Counted from the stretch's first letter, positions 43,520 through 56,909 are shown. The stretch is DNA of 64,000 nt from Stramenopiles sp. TOSAG23-6 (GCA_900128565.1 LT635912.1:1-64000), one strand, 5' to 3'. Numbers and translations: made by a program. Notes: generated by a model not told the origin, from the sequence alone.

Positions 43520-46500
43520 ATGGGACGCATTGATTATATTGTATGTGAAAATTTTAAATCCTATGCTGGAATACAGAAAATCGGTCCTTTTAAGGGTTTC
43601 ACCGCCATCATTGGTCCGAATGGCTCGGGTAAGTCAAATCTAATGGATAGTGTTTCGTTTGTCCTGGGAGTATCATCTCAAAAGTTACGTGGTAAAAAGT
43701 TGCGTGATTTGGTATTTCAAAATGAAACTCAAAAACGTGGTCTGAGTGAAAAGAATGGTGCTTATGTTGCACTAACTTACATTGTGTCAGAGGGTGAGTT
43801 ATCAGGAATGGAAGAAGGTGACCGTTTGGAGTTCAAACGTTCTATTTCTCCTGCAGGCAGTAGCAGCTATCATCTTAATGGCCGTAAAGTTGGTTGGAAT
43901 AGATATAATGCGACACTAGAAAATTTAGGATTATTGGTTAAAGCGAGGAATTTCTTAGTTTTCCAAGGGGACGTGGAGTCTGTAGCTATGCGTTCTCCAA
44001 AGGATTTGACCTCACTCTTCGAAAAAATCAGTGGTTCTGAAGAATTCCGTGAAGAATACGATACATTAAGTAAAAGTAAGTCCGCAATAGATAATGAGAC
44101 AGTATTTGCATGTGGTAGGAAGAAAGCTCTTGCGGATGAAAAGAAGAGAGCTAAAGCTGAAAAAGAGGAAGCCTCTCGGTGGAAGTTACAAACTGAAAAG
44201 TTATCCGATACTAAACGTGAGTTTTATTTATATCAACTTTTCCATATTGAAGCTGAGCGCAAAAGCGAACAGAGTACAGTTGATGATATTAAAGAAAAGA
44301 AAAAAGAAATTGAAGCAAAATTAGCTGCGGAGAATGCACAGATCAAATCTGCTAGGGCTGAACGCGCCAAGGCTTCACGAATATTCCAGCAATCTCAAAA
44401 AAAACTTGATAAAGCTCGACAAGCTGTCGATAAAGATCAACCTGCTGTGATTAAGCTACGTACTGAGATAAAACATAGCACAACACGAGCTCAACGTCTT
44501 AAAAATATTGGTATTAAAATTAAAGCTGATCATGATAATCAACTACAAGTGCTAAAAGATATGGAAGTAGATGTCGAAGCTGTACGTTCAATGCAGACCG
44601 AGTTTGAATCTCAAATACACGAAGAAAGTTCACAGCGACCAGAATTACATCTCACAAAAGAACAAGAAGCATTATACTCTGAAACGAAAGAAGCTGCACG
44701 GGCTAAAACGACAAAACTTCGCGTTCGCCTTGAAAAAGTTGAGAGAGATCAACAGCAAGATACTGACAGACTTCAGCGTTTGCAGGGAGAAGATTCGGAA
44801 CAAAGTGATCGTGTTAGATCTCAACGAGAAACTATAGCAACACTAGAAACTCGACGAAAACAAGTTGCGACAGCGATTCAACGAGATGAAGAAAAATGTT
44901 CAGAAGTGACTGAGAATATCAATACAATGAAAAAAAATATTGAGGAAAAGGAAGCGACATTTACAAAAAACTCTGACAATATTAAATCTGTCAGTGAACG
45001 CCTAGGACATGCAAAGGATAGTAAACGGCAAACGTCTAAAGAACAAAAAGATTCGCAATGTTTAGAAAGATTGCAGCGTACATGTATGTTTTATTTTTTT
45101 TTTTAAAACAAAAAATCGATTTTTTTTTCGTACGAAATTTTGTACCTAACAAATTTGAGTTTTTTTTTTAAATATTTTTCCAAAATACATTTAAAGGTGT
45201 CCACGGGCGCCTTGTAGATTTATGTAGACCAACTCAGGAAAAGTATAATGTTGCAATTACTGTAGCCATGGGAAGATTTATGGATGCGATTGTGGTGGAT
45301 ACGGAACAACTAGGTTTCGATTGTATACGATTTATGCGAGAACAGCGTTTGGGTCGAGCGAAATTTTTACCTCTCGACAAATTAAATCCAAAAATGATCA
45401 ATGAACGACTTCGTCAATTAGGTAGTTCTTGTCATTTGGCATTCGATGTCGTTCGATTTGATCCGATTTTTACGTTGGCTATTCAATATGCTTGTAGTAA
45501 TACTGTAGTCTGTGATGATTTAAGTGTTGCACGTCGTTTATGTCACACGGACGGACGAAATTTGAAAGTTGTCACTTTACAAGGTTATATGATTGCAAAA
45601 AATGGAAATATGACTGGAGGATTAACTGCGTCAAATATAGACAGAGCTCGACGTTGGGATGAACGCGAATTTCAGAAAATGAGGAAACAAGTAAAAACCT
45701 TGAAGTCACAACAAGCTGAATTACAACGTGAACTGGGAGGGGGTAGCAAAGTAGCGAGACATCGTGGGCGTATTGGTTCACTCATTGCTGAATTACGTGC
45801 AAGCGAATCCTCTCGTGGAACGTTAGAGAGCAAACTCGAATATGCTAAGAAAGAATTACAATCACAAACAATTCCAAAATTGAAAAAACTTCAAACGCAG
45901 TTACAAGAAGCCGAGAGTATTCTAGGTGAAATGCGACCTAAAAAACAGAAGTTAGAAGCTTCAATTGGAAAACGATCGAAAGTTATTGCTGATTTGAAGA
46001 AAAAAATTGCTTCGACAGAACGTAGTCTTTTTTCACAACTATCTAGTGATATTGGAATTGATATTATGGGAGCAACAGGAAGTGTTGCCGATTACGATGA
46101 ACAAAGGCATGAACGCCAAAGAGAAGTTGCTAAGGGGCGAGCTTCTTTAAAAGACCAATTAACGAAATTGATTGCTCAGCAGGATTACATGGCTAAACGA
46201 GCAGATAAAATTTTGTCTAAAGTAAAGCGATCTGAAAAGCATTACGCTACTGAAGAAAAACAATTAAAGAAATCAAAGAATGCTCTTGAAAAAGCCGAAG
46301 CAAATCTTGCTTTATTGAAAGACACAGTAGAAGGTTTGAAAGAAGAATGTAAGGTATTAGCACAAAAAAAAGAAGAAAAAGAAACGGAAGTCAAATTGTT
46401 TACGAAGGAAAAAACGGCAATATCTAAAACTCGAGATGGTTTTGTAAAAGAAATTGGTTCGCATGAAGCTCGAGTGGAACGTATGCGGGCTCGATTACAC

Positions 46501-47840
46501 ACCGTTCTTCAGAAAGCTCAAATGGAACAGGTTGAACTCCCATTACTTGATTGTGATGATTCAGATGAGGATGATGTAGATGATCCGATGGACACTGACA
46601 GATCTTCTATGTCGCGTTCGCAATCTCAGTCAGATTTTGGAATTTCTGGTTCTGAAAGTCAAGATGGAAGTAGTGTAACATCAGGCTCGGCCACTATGAG
46701 GTTTAGTCAACGAATGAGTACTGGCGTACGACGTAATCGTAATATTGCCGCACAGATTGATTTTTCAGCATTAAAACGAAATCGTGATGTAGAATTATCG
46801 CAGAGTGAACACACGGTAATTCATAAACAATACGTAGCTACCATTAGAGAAATTGTTGGTGATTTAGAGACAATAAAGCCAAATATGCGAGCTTCAGCGG
46901 CATATGACAAAGCTGATGAAGATCTCACGAAACAAACTGCGGAATATTCTACAGTCAGAGAGACACAAAGAACGACTGATAAAAAGTTTGAAGAAATACG
47001 AAAATTTCGCCACGCAGCATTCATGGAAGCATTTGCGCATATATCTACGGTAATTCCTGCTGTGTATAAAGAACTTACAAAAAGTCCTCTCCATCCAACA
47101 GGTGGTTCTGCTTACTTGACATTGCAGAACCAAGAAACGCCATATCTTGGAGGTGTTAAATATTGTGTTCTTCCTCCAGGAAAGAGATTTCGTGATATGG
47201 AACAGTTATCTGGTGGTGAAAAAACAATTGCAGCTTTAGCTTTATTATTCAGTATACATAGTTTCAAACCTGCTCCATTTTATGTAATGGATGAAATCGA
47301 TGCAGCGCTTGACAATGTGAATGTTCAAAAAGTTGCTAACTTTATTCGCCTACGTAGTAAAGGGAGTCCGTTTTCATTTCAATTTCGTATCTAAGTTTTT
47401 GTTTTCGTAGATAATGTTGTACCTAACATTTTTTTTTTGAAATATTTTCTCAAAATACATGTATTCATTTAGGAAATGCGAAGCTTCGTGGAAGTATTAA
47501 TACAGACAGTGACGCTAATATTTTAAGTATGACTCAAAGTCAAAATGAAAATGAAAATGACTTGTTGGTATCAAAACCTGAAAAAGGTCTTCACTTTGAA
47601 GGTACACAGTTTCTTGTGATTTCACTAAAAGATTTGTTTTACAGTAAGGCAGATTCATTAGTTGGTGTATGCCGCGATGAGAAAAAATGCTGTTCGGTAA
47701 CAATGACGTTAGATCTCACTAAATACGAGCGCAGTAAGGAAAATGATGACACGCAAAATAACCAACAAAATATTGTCAATGAGGCTATCCAGGATGATGA
47801 TGGCGAATATTCTCTCATAAACGCCAGTCATAGATATTAA
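43520..47840 (+). CDS. SMC1: Cohesin subunit SMC1; exons 43520-45083, 45191-47365, 47461-47840
   Basis: [27 protein letters not shown], hinge [34 protein letters not shown]. Confidence 0.97.
45084..45190 (+). other. Non-canonical GT-AT intron, 107 nt, phase 1
   Basis: CAT|GTATGT...TTTCGTACGAAATTTTGTACCTAAC...CCAAAATACAT|TT; restores [12 protein letters not shown]. Confidence 0.9.
47366..47460 (+). other. Non-canonical GT-AT intron, 95 nt, phase 1, donor GTCCGT
   Basis: GGA|GTCCGT...GTACCTAAC...CTCAAAATACAT|GT; links in frame to the terminal QFLVISLK exon. Confidence 0.85.
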
Positions 47841-48070
47841 AGGTGATTTCTATCAGCTTTGATGTTTACTTGATGTGTTTTTTTTGATGTTGTTTTTGGT
47901 ATAAAAAACATGACTCAAAATGAATATGACCAAATGTTAGAGCAACACCTATGTATTATTTTATACTAATTATGCGTTTTTTTGCATTTTTTTACTCAAT
48001 AAAACGTATTATATACAGTATCTATGACTAAGACACTTTATTGATTTTTTTATAATTACACAATCTTCCT

Positions 48071-49480
48071 TTATTCATAATATATTTTACGTCGTTTCAC
48101 TGATCGTTTTACTTCTCCACCTGTTGTTGGAAGTAGTGGACTTTTTGCAAGTTCTTCAGCACTACGTGGATTCTTTTCGTTTTTTTCGTTAGGCACAAAA
48201 TTTGGTACGGATTCTAGTTCATCAAAATCATCATGAAAATCATCCATACCTGCCATTTCCGCATCAAGAAGAGCATCCATAGCTTCATCCATTGCATCTT
48301 CACCAGACTCTGTGCCTCTGTGAACATTATTACAATCAGAATCTTCAACGGCCTCTTGAGTAGCTGCAACGAATTCCTTAACAACCTTTTTTACATAACT
48401 TTTATGAAAAATTTTACTATTAGGATTATTTGGAATTTGTGATGTACGCGAATCAGAAAATAAACGATAGAAAAATTGTAAATGCTTGACTGTAAACTGA
48501 AATCGGTCATAATAAGCTACCATTTGTCCAGATGCTAATGCTAGTCTATGTCCGATGAAATTTGGAAAAATTAAATTTTCACTATTTTTAAATGCACCAA
48601 CATCAAAATAAGGATGTTCATAATTCATGTCAGAGGCTGCAAACGAAAAAGCGATTCTAGGTGTGTGATATCCTTTTCTCCCAGCGCTACCCCAATGAAT
48701 AATTCTATGTGAAAACATCACTGCAGATCCAGCAGTTGCAGGAAGTGCCTTGATGTTTTGATATGCTTCTTTATTGTGTAGAGCTCGTTGGAGTGGATCT
48801 GGATCGTCATCATTTGGAAGATCACCTTCCTCTGGCCCATAGCCTGGGTCAAACTGACGAGGGATGACATAAAGACATGAATTATCAGGACACGCATCTG
48901 TCAATGGAATCCAACATGTTGAATATTTAGGTGAACCATTTTTTCGAAATGAATTTGGTAAGTCTTCTGGCTGCCTATCTCTATGAGGTGAAAATCCTTT
49001 ATGACCTTTATTAGGGTCAATATACCAAGCAAGAAAATCGAAATTGTTCTGATTACCACCAGAAGTGAACGCAATCAACTCAGAAACTTCACGTGCCATC
49101 GCCCAGCTCTCGTCATATAATAGTATAAACGTTGCTGGCCAACCATGTTGCATAAGAGTTACAATTGACCTAGCTAATGCAGCAGTATTTCCTACCCAGG
49201 GCAACCTACTAGTTTGGAAATAACCATCTTGATTCATTCTATTTTTGAGGTTCTGCCAGTCATTATTAGAGTTTTTGAATACTTTTACTTTTTGCTGCCA
49301 AAGTGTATCACAAACATGTAATTCAGGACATAACTTTTGCCAATAGGACACGTCGTTTACAACGTCAATTGGGTCGATGACACTAGTACTCCCCGAAAAG
49401 TCACAAGAAACGTGCGAAAGAAGAGACGCAAGTGATTTTACTGAGAGTTTATCTACATTATCAGGATTATCAAGTGCCAT
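48071..49480 (-). CDS. PhyH-family 2OG-Fe(II) dioxygenase
   Basis: PHRD, CWIPLTDACPDNSCLYVIP, IIHWG. Confidence 0.85.
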   Translation of the reverse strand: MALDNPDNVDKLSVKSLASLLSHVSCDFSGSTSVIDPIDVVNDVSYWQKLCPELHVCDTLWQQKVKVFKNSNNDWQNLKNRMNQDGYFQTSRLPWVGNTAALARSIVTLMQHGWPATFILLYDESWAMAREVSELIAFTSGGNQNNFDFLAWYIDPNKGHKGFSPHRDRQPEDLPNSFRKNGSPKYSTCWIPLTDACPDNSCLYVIPRQFDPGYGPEEGDLPNDDDPDPLQRALHNKEAYQNIKALPATAGSAVMFSHRIIHWGSAGRKGYHTPRIAFSFAASDMNYEHPYFDVGAFKNSENLIFPNFIGHRLALASGQMVAYYDRFQFTVKHLQFFYRLFSDSRTSQIPNNPNSKIFHKSYVKKVVKEFVAATQEAVEDSDCNNVHRGTESGEDAMDEAMDALLDAEMAGMDDFHDDFDELESVPNFVPNEKNEKNPRSAEELAKSPLLPTTGGEVKRSVKRRKIYYE

Positions 49481-50279
49481 GTAAACACTTTACAGTTTAT
49501 AATAAGAGTAGCGTTTTTCTACCAGTACTTGAAGTGGCTTATGAATACGAAGAAAAGAGAAAGTGTAGTGTGCTGTGGCATCATCAGTTGTTCTTTCTGT
49601 TGTGTCACACTGACTTGAGGCTGCAGTCGCACGAAATCGTGATTTTCAAAAAACGTCTTTTTTTTGACGTTTTTTCAAAAAACGTCATTTTTTCGACGTC
49701 ATTTTTTCGACTTTCCGATCCGCAAGAGTACGCAGAAACAACGTTTTGAACAGTTAAAAAAGAGTGTTTTCAAAGTTGGTTGCTGTTGTCCCATTTGTCA
49801 GGTCATTACCCTCAAGATGAATCAACAATGTTTGGCAATGATGTGTATGACAAGTTGGGCTCAAAATAATTTTGAAGATAGTATGAAAACTCAGTGTATA
49901 TTGCGTGAACTTGAGTCTGAGCATCAGCTGCTTAATTAATGTACAACATTTTCATTGTAGAAAAATTTTAAAGGAAAAAAAAAAATTGAACCCTAACACA
50001 AAAACACAAAACATTTTATTCACTAATGAGCTCTCTTTGGTCTACTCAAGCATGGGATAATAACCTTTGTCCGTCAAACAATGAAGGAGCACCTTCTCAA
50101 CGTGAATGTACTACTCTACGTATAAAACGTTATTTTTCGCGCGTTTGGAAAAAAAATGCGTTTTCGTGTGCTGTGAGCCTGACTTTGGAATTCGTTCTGG
50201 ATTTTTGCCAAATTTGCACGATATAGATCAGAATTGATCAGCTGTCGATTCTTTCATCATCAGCAGAGTCTTCTTCAGA

Positions 50280-50756
50280 ATGTTCAGTTATGTTGGAAAT
50301 TCAGTAATGACATTCATTATGTCACACCCACTTATGATATGTGCCTGTTTGTTTATTCTTTACCGTATTCGGCAAGCGTCACAGCCAATTCCGGACTATG
50401 GTGGAAACGTTAGAGTAGTTCATTCTTTGATGGAGTGGAAAGCTATTCAGAAAGAAGCTATTGCAAAAAACGTACCAGTTATCGCTGACTTCTATGCCAA
50501 TTGGTGCCCCCCTTGTAGAATGGCGGCTCCAGTATTTGCTGAATTGAGTCTAGAATATGATAGAGTCATATTCTGCAAGATTAATGTTGATAACTGTAGA
50601 GATGTATGTTCAGCTGTCAACTTCTCTGGAGGAATTCCTCAATTCCACTTGTATAAAGACGGTTCTAAGCAGGATGAAGTAGTTGGTTTTAGTAAGGGTA
50701 GATTAGAAGGTCTTGTATCCAAGTCAGGAGCATTACAAGTTAAAAAATCCTCATGA
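50280..50756 (+). CDS. Thioredoxin with N-terminal membrane anchor, WCPPC active site
   Basis: DFYANWCPPCR, KINVD, GIPQF. Confidence 0.92.
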   Translation: MFSYVGNSVMTFIMSHPLMICACLFILYRIRQASQPIPDYGGNVRVVHSLMEWKAIQKEAIAKNVPVIADFYANWCPPCRMAAPVFAELSLEYDRVIFCKINVDNCRDVCSAVNFSGGIPQFHLYKDGSKQDEVVGFSKGRLEGLVSKSGALQVKKSS

Positions 50757-50786
50757 TGATAAAATAATATAATTGTTTTCTTTTTA

Positions 50787-53700
50787 TTATCTTTGTTTGT
50801 CTTTTCTTACATTAACTAGCAAAAAATATGCCACTATTCTGAAAAGTAAACCAAATATAATAAGGCAGATTATATCAAAAGCAAAATCAGGCTTCCGATG
50901 CTCCTCAGGGGCATTTTTGTCATATTTACTCATGAGACAACTAGCATCATCGGAATTACCACAGTTGTCCCAGTCCATAAAACAACCATCTTTCTCTCGA
51001 AGTCTTTCAGTATTCTGATTCTGATTATTAAAACTGTCAATACATTTCTGGAGTACTGTAGTTGGAAAATCAGATTCGTGGCCAATACCCATTTCTATCC
51101 AAGTCAGTGCTCTTGCGGACCACCTACTATATGCCCAATATGCGAACTTGCCAGCCTTTGGGACATATCCACCAAAGAGATTAATCAATACTGCAAATAT
51201 GACAGAAGTTAACGTAGCAAGTGACAAATCAGTTTGAAATGCACAGCCAACTGCGTAACCCATTCCAGATACAGTCCATACAACACAGAGAGCCCATTGT
51301 AGATATGAGCTTGTTGGGCCTGCAACATCTACAATGAGTGCTACAGGTGCGATAAAACAAACAGCCCCGATACACTGGAGGGGGAAATCAACCAAAACTA
51401 CTGCCAGAAAATACGCAAGTTTATTTACACCAGCACTTGCTTCACGCCAAAACACAATCTTCTTTTGACCACAGAATGATACACAAGAGACAGATGCTGC
51501 ACAGACACCAAGAGCCATTGTCATGAAAAAACCAAATGGGCCCAATTCATTTCGAAGAGGTTCAAAGCATATTTGTGTAAAAATATTCTTTTTGTACAAT
51601 TTGTTAGGTATGGAATTTCGTACGAAAAAAGAAATCGAAATGGAAGAAAAATAGAAACATACATTTCCATTCAGCACCCGATGGGCAATTTTTCGAATAT
51701 TCATTGGCACCTCCTCTTGGCTCAATTAACAGTGGTTCAGATCCAAAGATGATAGCAATAACAAAACCATCAAATACAAATGCAAGTAAGTCAAATCCCA
51801 ATTGGTATGTGCGAAAAAAACGAATTCTAATATTTTGTACAATAAAGGCTCTCAATTGAACAAAAAAAACAGGAGCTTCTTTCGACGTATCTGACATTGT
51901 TTTGTTGTTTTCTGGTGTAAGTTTTGTATCTGACTTCGTTTCCGTTTTCATTTCCTGAAATGCTTTTGATAATTGGTTAGATGCAAGACGAGATGCATTA
52001 ATCTGGGATTTCACATTTTTTGTAATAGTGCTACTTTTGCTTTGACCACCATCATTTTCAATTCTACCGCATAAAACATCCAACACAAAATCTGCGAAAT
52101 TGTCATCAGAATCTTTTTGGTACCCCATTTTTGCAAAGTGAGCTTCCGCGAGGCTAGCTTGACCTAAATAAACAGTTTTACCACCATATCCAAGTAACAT
52201 CAATGTATCGATTTGATTGTATATTTCAAGCCGAGGTTGATGTAGTACACTCACGACAGTAACTCCACCATTTGCAATGGTTTTCAATGCTTTCATTACC
52301 CCAACTGCTGTACTCGAATCTAAGCCACTCGTTGGTTCATCTAATAAAATAGCTAAAGGATCCATTACCAACTCTAATGCAATATTGACTCTTTTTTTCT
52401 GTCCGCCACTAATTCCTCTTCTGTACTCATCTCCAATGATGACGCCTGCAACGTCTTGAATGCCCAGAACATTCAGTACAGCTTCGACTCTATCTTTAAT
52501 ACTTTTCTCTGATACTTGTCTTGCACTTAAACGCGTTTTGGCAGAATGTGTTATGGCTTCTCGAACTGTGAGTTCTGGATGCATGACATCAGATTGAGGC
52601 ACAAAACCAATACGTGACTTAAAATCTGTTAAACATCCTTCTTTTTCATTGATAAATACTGTACCATCAGTATGCTCCAATTTCCCCGCAATGATATTAA
52701 GAAAAGTAGATTTCCCCGCTCCACTAGCACCAAGAATACACATTAAATTACCAGGTTTAATTTCGCCATTCGTCCCAGATAAGCGAAACTTCTGCGATTG
52801 TTTTTTTTTGATACAACAACCACAATATTTATATTGAGTTGGAATCTTCAATGCGAGGGAATGAAATTTAATAGATATCGAATCCTTTTTCGTTGTAGAG
52901 ATTTTTTCGACTTTACTTTCTTGAGTTTTATTTTCTTGAGTTCCGAGATTTTGCATTTCAACTTGTGGTTGTTGGGAAACTTTACTTTGTCCTTTTCGAA
53001 AAAAACATACCAAAAAAAATTGTCCGCCCACTAAAACAATTACAATAATAAGCAAAAATGGTTCTGAATTTGATTTTGCCCCTTCGGCGCAAATGGATAA
53101 TTTCCCACATTTTTTTGGAGTTTTTGATCCCCTTGGACAATAATAACCTTTAGGACAAATTGTTTTAGTACCTGCATATTTGTCACAATAGTACCCAGAC
53201 GGACATGCCACAGGATATTGATTTTCCTCGCAGTGTAAGCCTGGAGCACATGCAGTCAATGTGACGATACATTGAGATAAATCTCCAGCTTCTTGATAGA
53301 TGTGTCCTGGTTTATGAGACACCCATTTATATGGATCCTTACAAGTATTTTGGGTGGTTGCAGAGGCGTTTCCTTCACAACTACCTAAAAAACTTCGAAA
53401 TTCATGACTGTTCATTGTGGCTTTTGCTTTTGTGTTTTTTTTTTCTAAATCACAGACAGATAATAATTGCTCGCGAAAGAAAAGTATTAGAAATGTGTCC
53501 TTTTCGTGGGCAGAGTTAAAATCAGCACCATCTATTGGCCGTGTGCACACAGCTTTTGGCTTCTGACTCATGGCATGATACAGTTCAAGAAGTAGCGTTC
53601 GTGAAGCAGTGACATCTTTACACATACTGCACTCGTTAGAAAAGTTACTTGAATTATCAGAAACACTCGTATCACCCATTTTTTCAAAGAATATTCTTCC

Positions 53701-53907
53701 AAAACATGTATTTCGTTGATTTTGGTTCCCCATTACCCCAATAATATTTTGAACTGCTTCTTTCGTTGGACTAGAGGAAATGTTCAATTTGTTTGTTAGC
53801 CAAACTTGAACCTCTGTGAGACAGCTCGACGTAATAGAAGAATTAAGTTGACTCGCATTCACATTCAATATCACTAAACACAGAAGTAGCATTAAAATAT
53901 ATTCCAT
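50787..53907 (-). CDS. ABCG half-transporter with Cys-rich extracellular N-terminus; exons 53907-51663 and 51568-50787
   Basis: GASGAGKST, ISGGQKKR, LLDEPTSGLD, LHQPR, FWREASAG; CPxGYYC repeats. Confidence 0.92.
51569..51662 (-). other. Non-canonical GT-AT intron, 94 nt, phase 1, acceptor TAT
   Basis: AAT|GTATGT...TTTCGTACGAAATTCCATACCTAAC...ACACAAATAT|GC; join EWK-CFEP. Confidence 0.85.
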
Positions 53908-54234
53908 GGCGAAAGTAATCCAAATTTACTCGCAATATAAATTTTCTTGGGGAGTTTAGGTTCTTTTTTGTCGAAGAGAGAAACTTTCAAATTTCAGCAA
54001 GTGAAAATTTCAAAATTCGCTGAAAATCAAATTTGAAATTCAAATTCAAATTCAAATCGAAATATAATTGACAAGGTACAAAAAAAACATATAAATGCAA
54101 GTCCCTTACCGCAGAATTTATACATACGTAGATATTAGATATATTTGAGATACTGCTTTATTTTTTGGTAATTAAAAAAAAACGAATTCTATCTATTCTG
54201 GAATCTTCTATCTATTCTGGAATCTGGATGAAAA

Positions 54235-56109
54235 ATGGTTCATTTCTTGACTACATTGATATATCTTTTGTATTATCACTGCATACATGCAAATGATGAC
54301 CAATGTAATGAAGCTATAAAAAAGCAAAAGATAAACGTGAATAGTTCAGAGTGGAAACTGTCACCAAATCGTGTTGTTATGGACAGTAACTTTAAATGGG
54401 GTCGAGTTGTAGTTCCCATCTGGACGTCAGTATTTTTAGGCACTAATGATTCTCTCCCACACTTGGATAACACTTTACAAATTTTATCCTCATTTGAGAG
54501 TGATGAACTTGCGCTTGTTACAGTCGTAGGTGGTGGCGCTTATCTCCGTATTCTTGAACATATGGAATTTAGTTCTATTCATTTCTTTGACGCAAACGTT
54601 AACGAGTTAAGTAAACTTCGACTTGTTCATGACGATATTATCAAATATGACTATGATACATGGATAGCAAATGGTGGAATGCAGTCTGTAGCTAATAAAA
54701 TTTCCTCACTGCGGGAAAAATTTTACCTGCCAGCCCCACTTCTAACAGCAGGTGTAACCCTGCATCCTGCAACTGACTTTGAGTGGCCGATTCCTGGTCA
54801 GAGTAGTTATTATGATCCATTAGGTCGACGAAATCCACTTTGGTCAATTTTCCCTCCTTTATCTTACCCAGAGTATGCATGGAAACCAACTCGAAAGGGT
54901 TATGAGAGAGTACGCAGACAATTGAAATATCGTGTGGCAAATGAATTTTATTTATCAGTTCCTTGTGGCATCATTCCACCTAATATTCTTTCAATAGTTT
55001 ATGTTGATGGAATCAAAATTCCAAAATCAACAATACGTGCGGTTTCACGTTCGGGTGATGCTATTGGTTTATGGTCGATGGTTGAAGACCAAAAATTACT
55101 CGGTAGGGGAAATAATTCAGATTGGTCAGATTCCCATTTCTTTTGGGAGCTCGCAGTTCGTTGGAGGATTGAAAGTAGCACTACAGTAATAAATAATACT
55201 AGAATCGGTATGGATAATATTGTAAATAATGTAATGCATATTTGGGCAATTGAAGATATAAATATGATGGGAACAATCTACGATTGGATGTTTACAAGTA
55301 GCATGGAAGCATCGTCATTTGCTTCGTCTACTGTGACGACTTCAACACCCAATAAAAAGGAGACAGACAAATCTTTCAATGAAATCATTGTTTTCCATAT
55401 TCTACTTGGTAAAGCAACTACTAAAACGAATTGTTCAAAACGCGAAGAATTATTTATGAATGCGTTGATTCGAGCTGTAAAAGAACCACATGTAAGAAAT
55501 GTTCTAGTTACTGAGCATAACACCTCTTCAAAACAATTTGATATTTTAACTAATCCATGTGCATTAAATGCAGCTAATATCAGAAAACTTATCAACAAAA
55601 CATTGTCATTAACACCAGACAACATCAAAACGAACATAATAGCTACTCGTTTTCTACCTGGTGGTGGTACTCATGATAGAAATGTATTATTTGATATTGC
55701 AGTAAATGAAGGAATTCCATCAAAAAATGGTAATAAAAAAGAAACTTTCCTTGAAGATAATAATAAATCTATGAGACCAGCAACTATTCAACTTCAGATT
55801 GATGAAAACACGAAAAAAAGGCCTATTATTTTTCCATATGATGGGTCTGTAAAAGTATTACAATCTCTCGCGGCTGCTGCGTGCATGGATATTCCTCTTA
55901 CTGATAAATCATGTATGTTTTATTTTTTTTAATTTCGATTTTTTTTTCGTACGCAATTTTGTACCTAACAAAAATATTGAATGTAAAATATTTTTCAAAA
56001 TACATGCATAGACCAAATTATGAATGAAATGAAAAGAATTATAAAAGAAGATAAAAAATCTTCTGCGAGGGCGATTCGCCCTGAAAAAGAGAGCAAGGTG
56101 ATTCAATAA
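54235..56109 (+). CDS. Hypothetical secreted protein; exons 54235-55912 and 56006-56109
   Basis: Signal peptide, long ORF; join DKS-CIDQIM. Confidence 0.7.
55913..56005 (+). other. Non-canonical GT-AT intron, 93 nt, phase 1
   Basis: CAT|GTATGT...GTACCTAAC...AATATTTTTCAAAATACAT|GC. Confidence 0.85.
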
Positions 56110-56183
56110 GGATAATTACAAAAGTATTACTTTAATAATGAATAAGTAAAAAGTTTGTTAGTTTTGGTTTGTCTTCCTTTTTT

Positions 56184-56909
56184 TTAGTTTATCGTCTTTT
56201 TTTTCTTAGAAGGTAGTTTACTTGCAATTGTTGGCTGAACTCCCTCATCCAATCTTTTACGCTTCTTCTTTGTAGTTTGTTTTTTCATACTTGTCTTTTC
56301 ATCATCTTCAATATCGACGTGTTTTGATAAATCTTTTTCTGTCTGAGCATTATCTTCAAGAGATAGATTATTATTATCTTCAAGAGATAGATTATTCAAT
56401 ATCCATTTAAGTAACTCATCACCTTCAATCATACCAAATCTTTCTATTAGAGTATAATTCTTATCATTTATTGGACGAAATGTTTCATACCCGTGGCGAA
56501 GTTCTGCCATACGATTGATGGTTCTTTGATCCCATCCAGGACGAATATTTCGCGAAACTGCTTCAAGAGCTTTTTTGTTTGATTTAGACATGAGTGAAAT
56601 GACAAGAATTTTATAGCCTTTCTTCTCAGCCAAAGCTGCCAAAACTCGAAAGTTCCTGAGTTTCATGTTTAAATTATCTAATATTACCAAAGGCTTCTTA
56701 TCCATAAGGGCTAATGTGCACTTGTTTGCACACCAAGGTATTGCACAATCACAGTGAGTGCTAAGTTGCCATCTTCGGCCTTTATTTTGTGGTTGTAGCC
56801 ACCATCGATCGTTGCTACACACAACAGCACCATGGTCTTTTTCAAGTTGATTGGAAAGATAACTTTTACCCATTCCTGTTGTGCCTCTCAAAATAATAAA
56901 ATTCTGCAT
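56184..56909 (-). CDS. P-loop kinase (AAA_33 / N4BP2-like) with basic NLS-like tail
   Basis: ILRGTTGMGKS, VCSND, VILDNLN. Confidence 0.8.
   Translation of the reverse strand: MQNFIILRGTTGMGKSYLSNQLEKDHGAVVCSNDRWWLQPQNKGRRWQLSTHCDCAIPWCANKCTLALMDKKPLVILDNLNMKLRNFRVLAALAEKKGYKILVISLMSKSNKKALEAVSRNIRPGWDQRTINRMAELRHGYETFRPINDKNYTLIERFGMIEGDELLKWILNNLSLEDNNNLSLEDNAQTEKDLSKHVDIEDDEKTSMKKQTTKKKRKRLDEGVQPTIASKLPSKKKKTIN

Noticed and set aside
49817-49939. Short ORF faintly resembling the DSS1/SEM1 C-terminus
   Set aside because: It lacks the acidic FEEF and WEDxWDD motifs; similarity is too weak to call.
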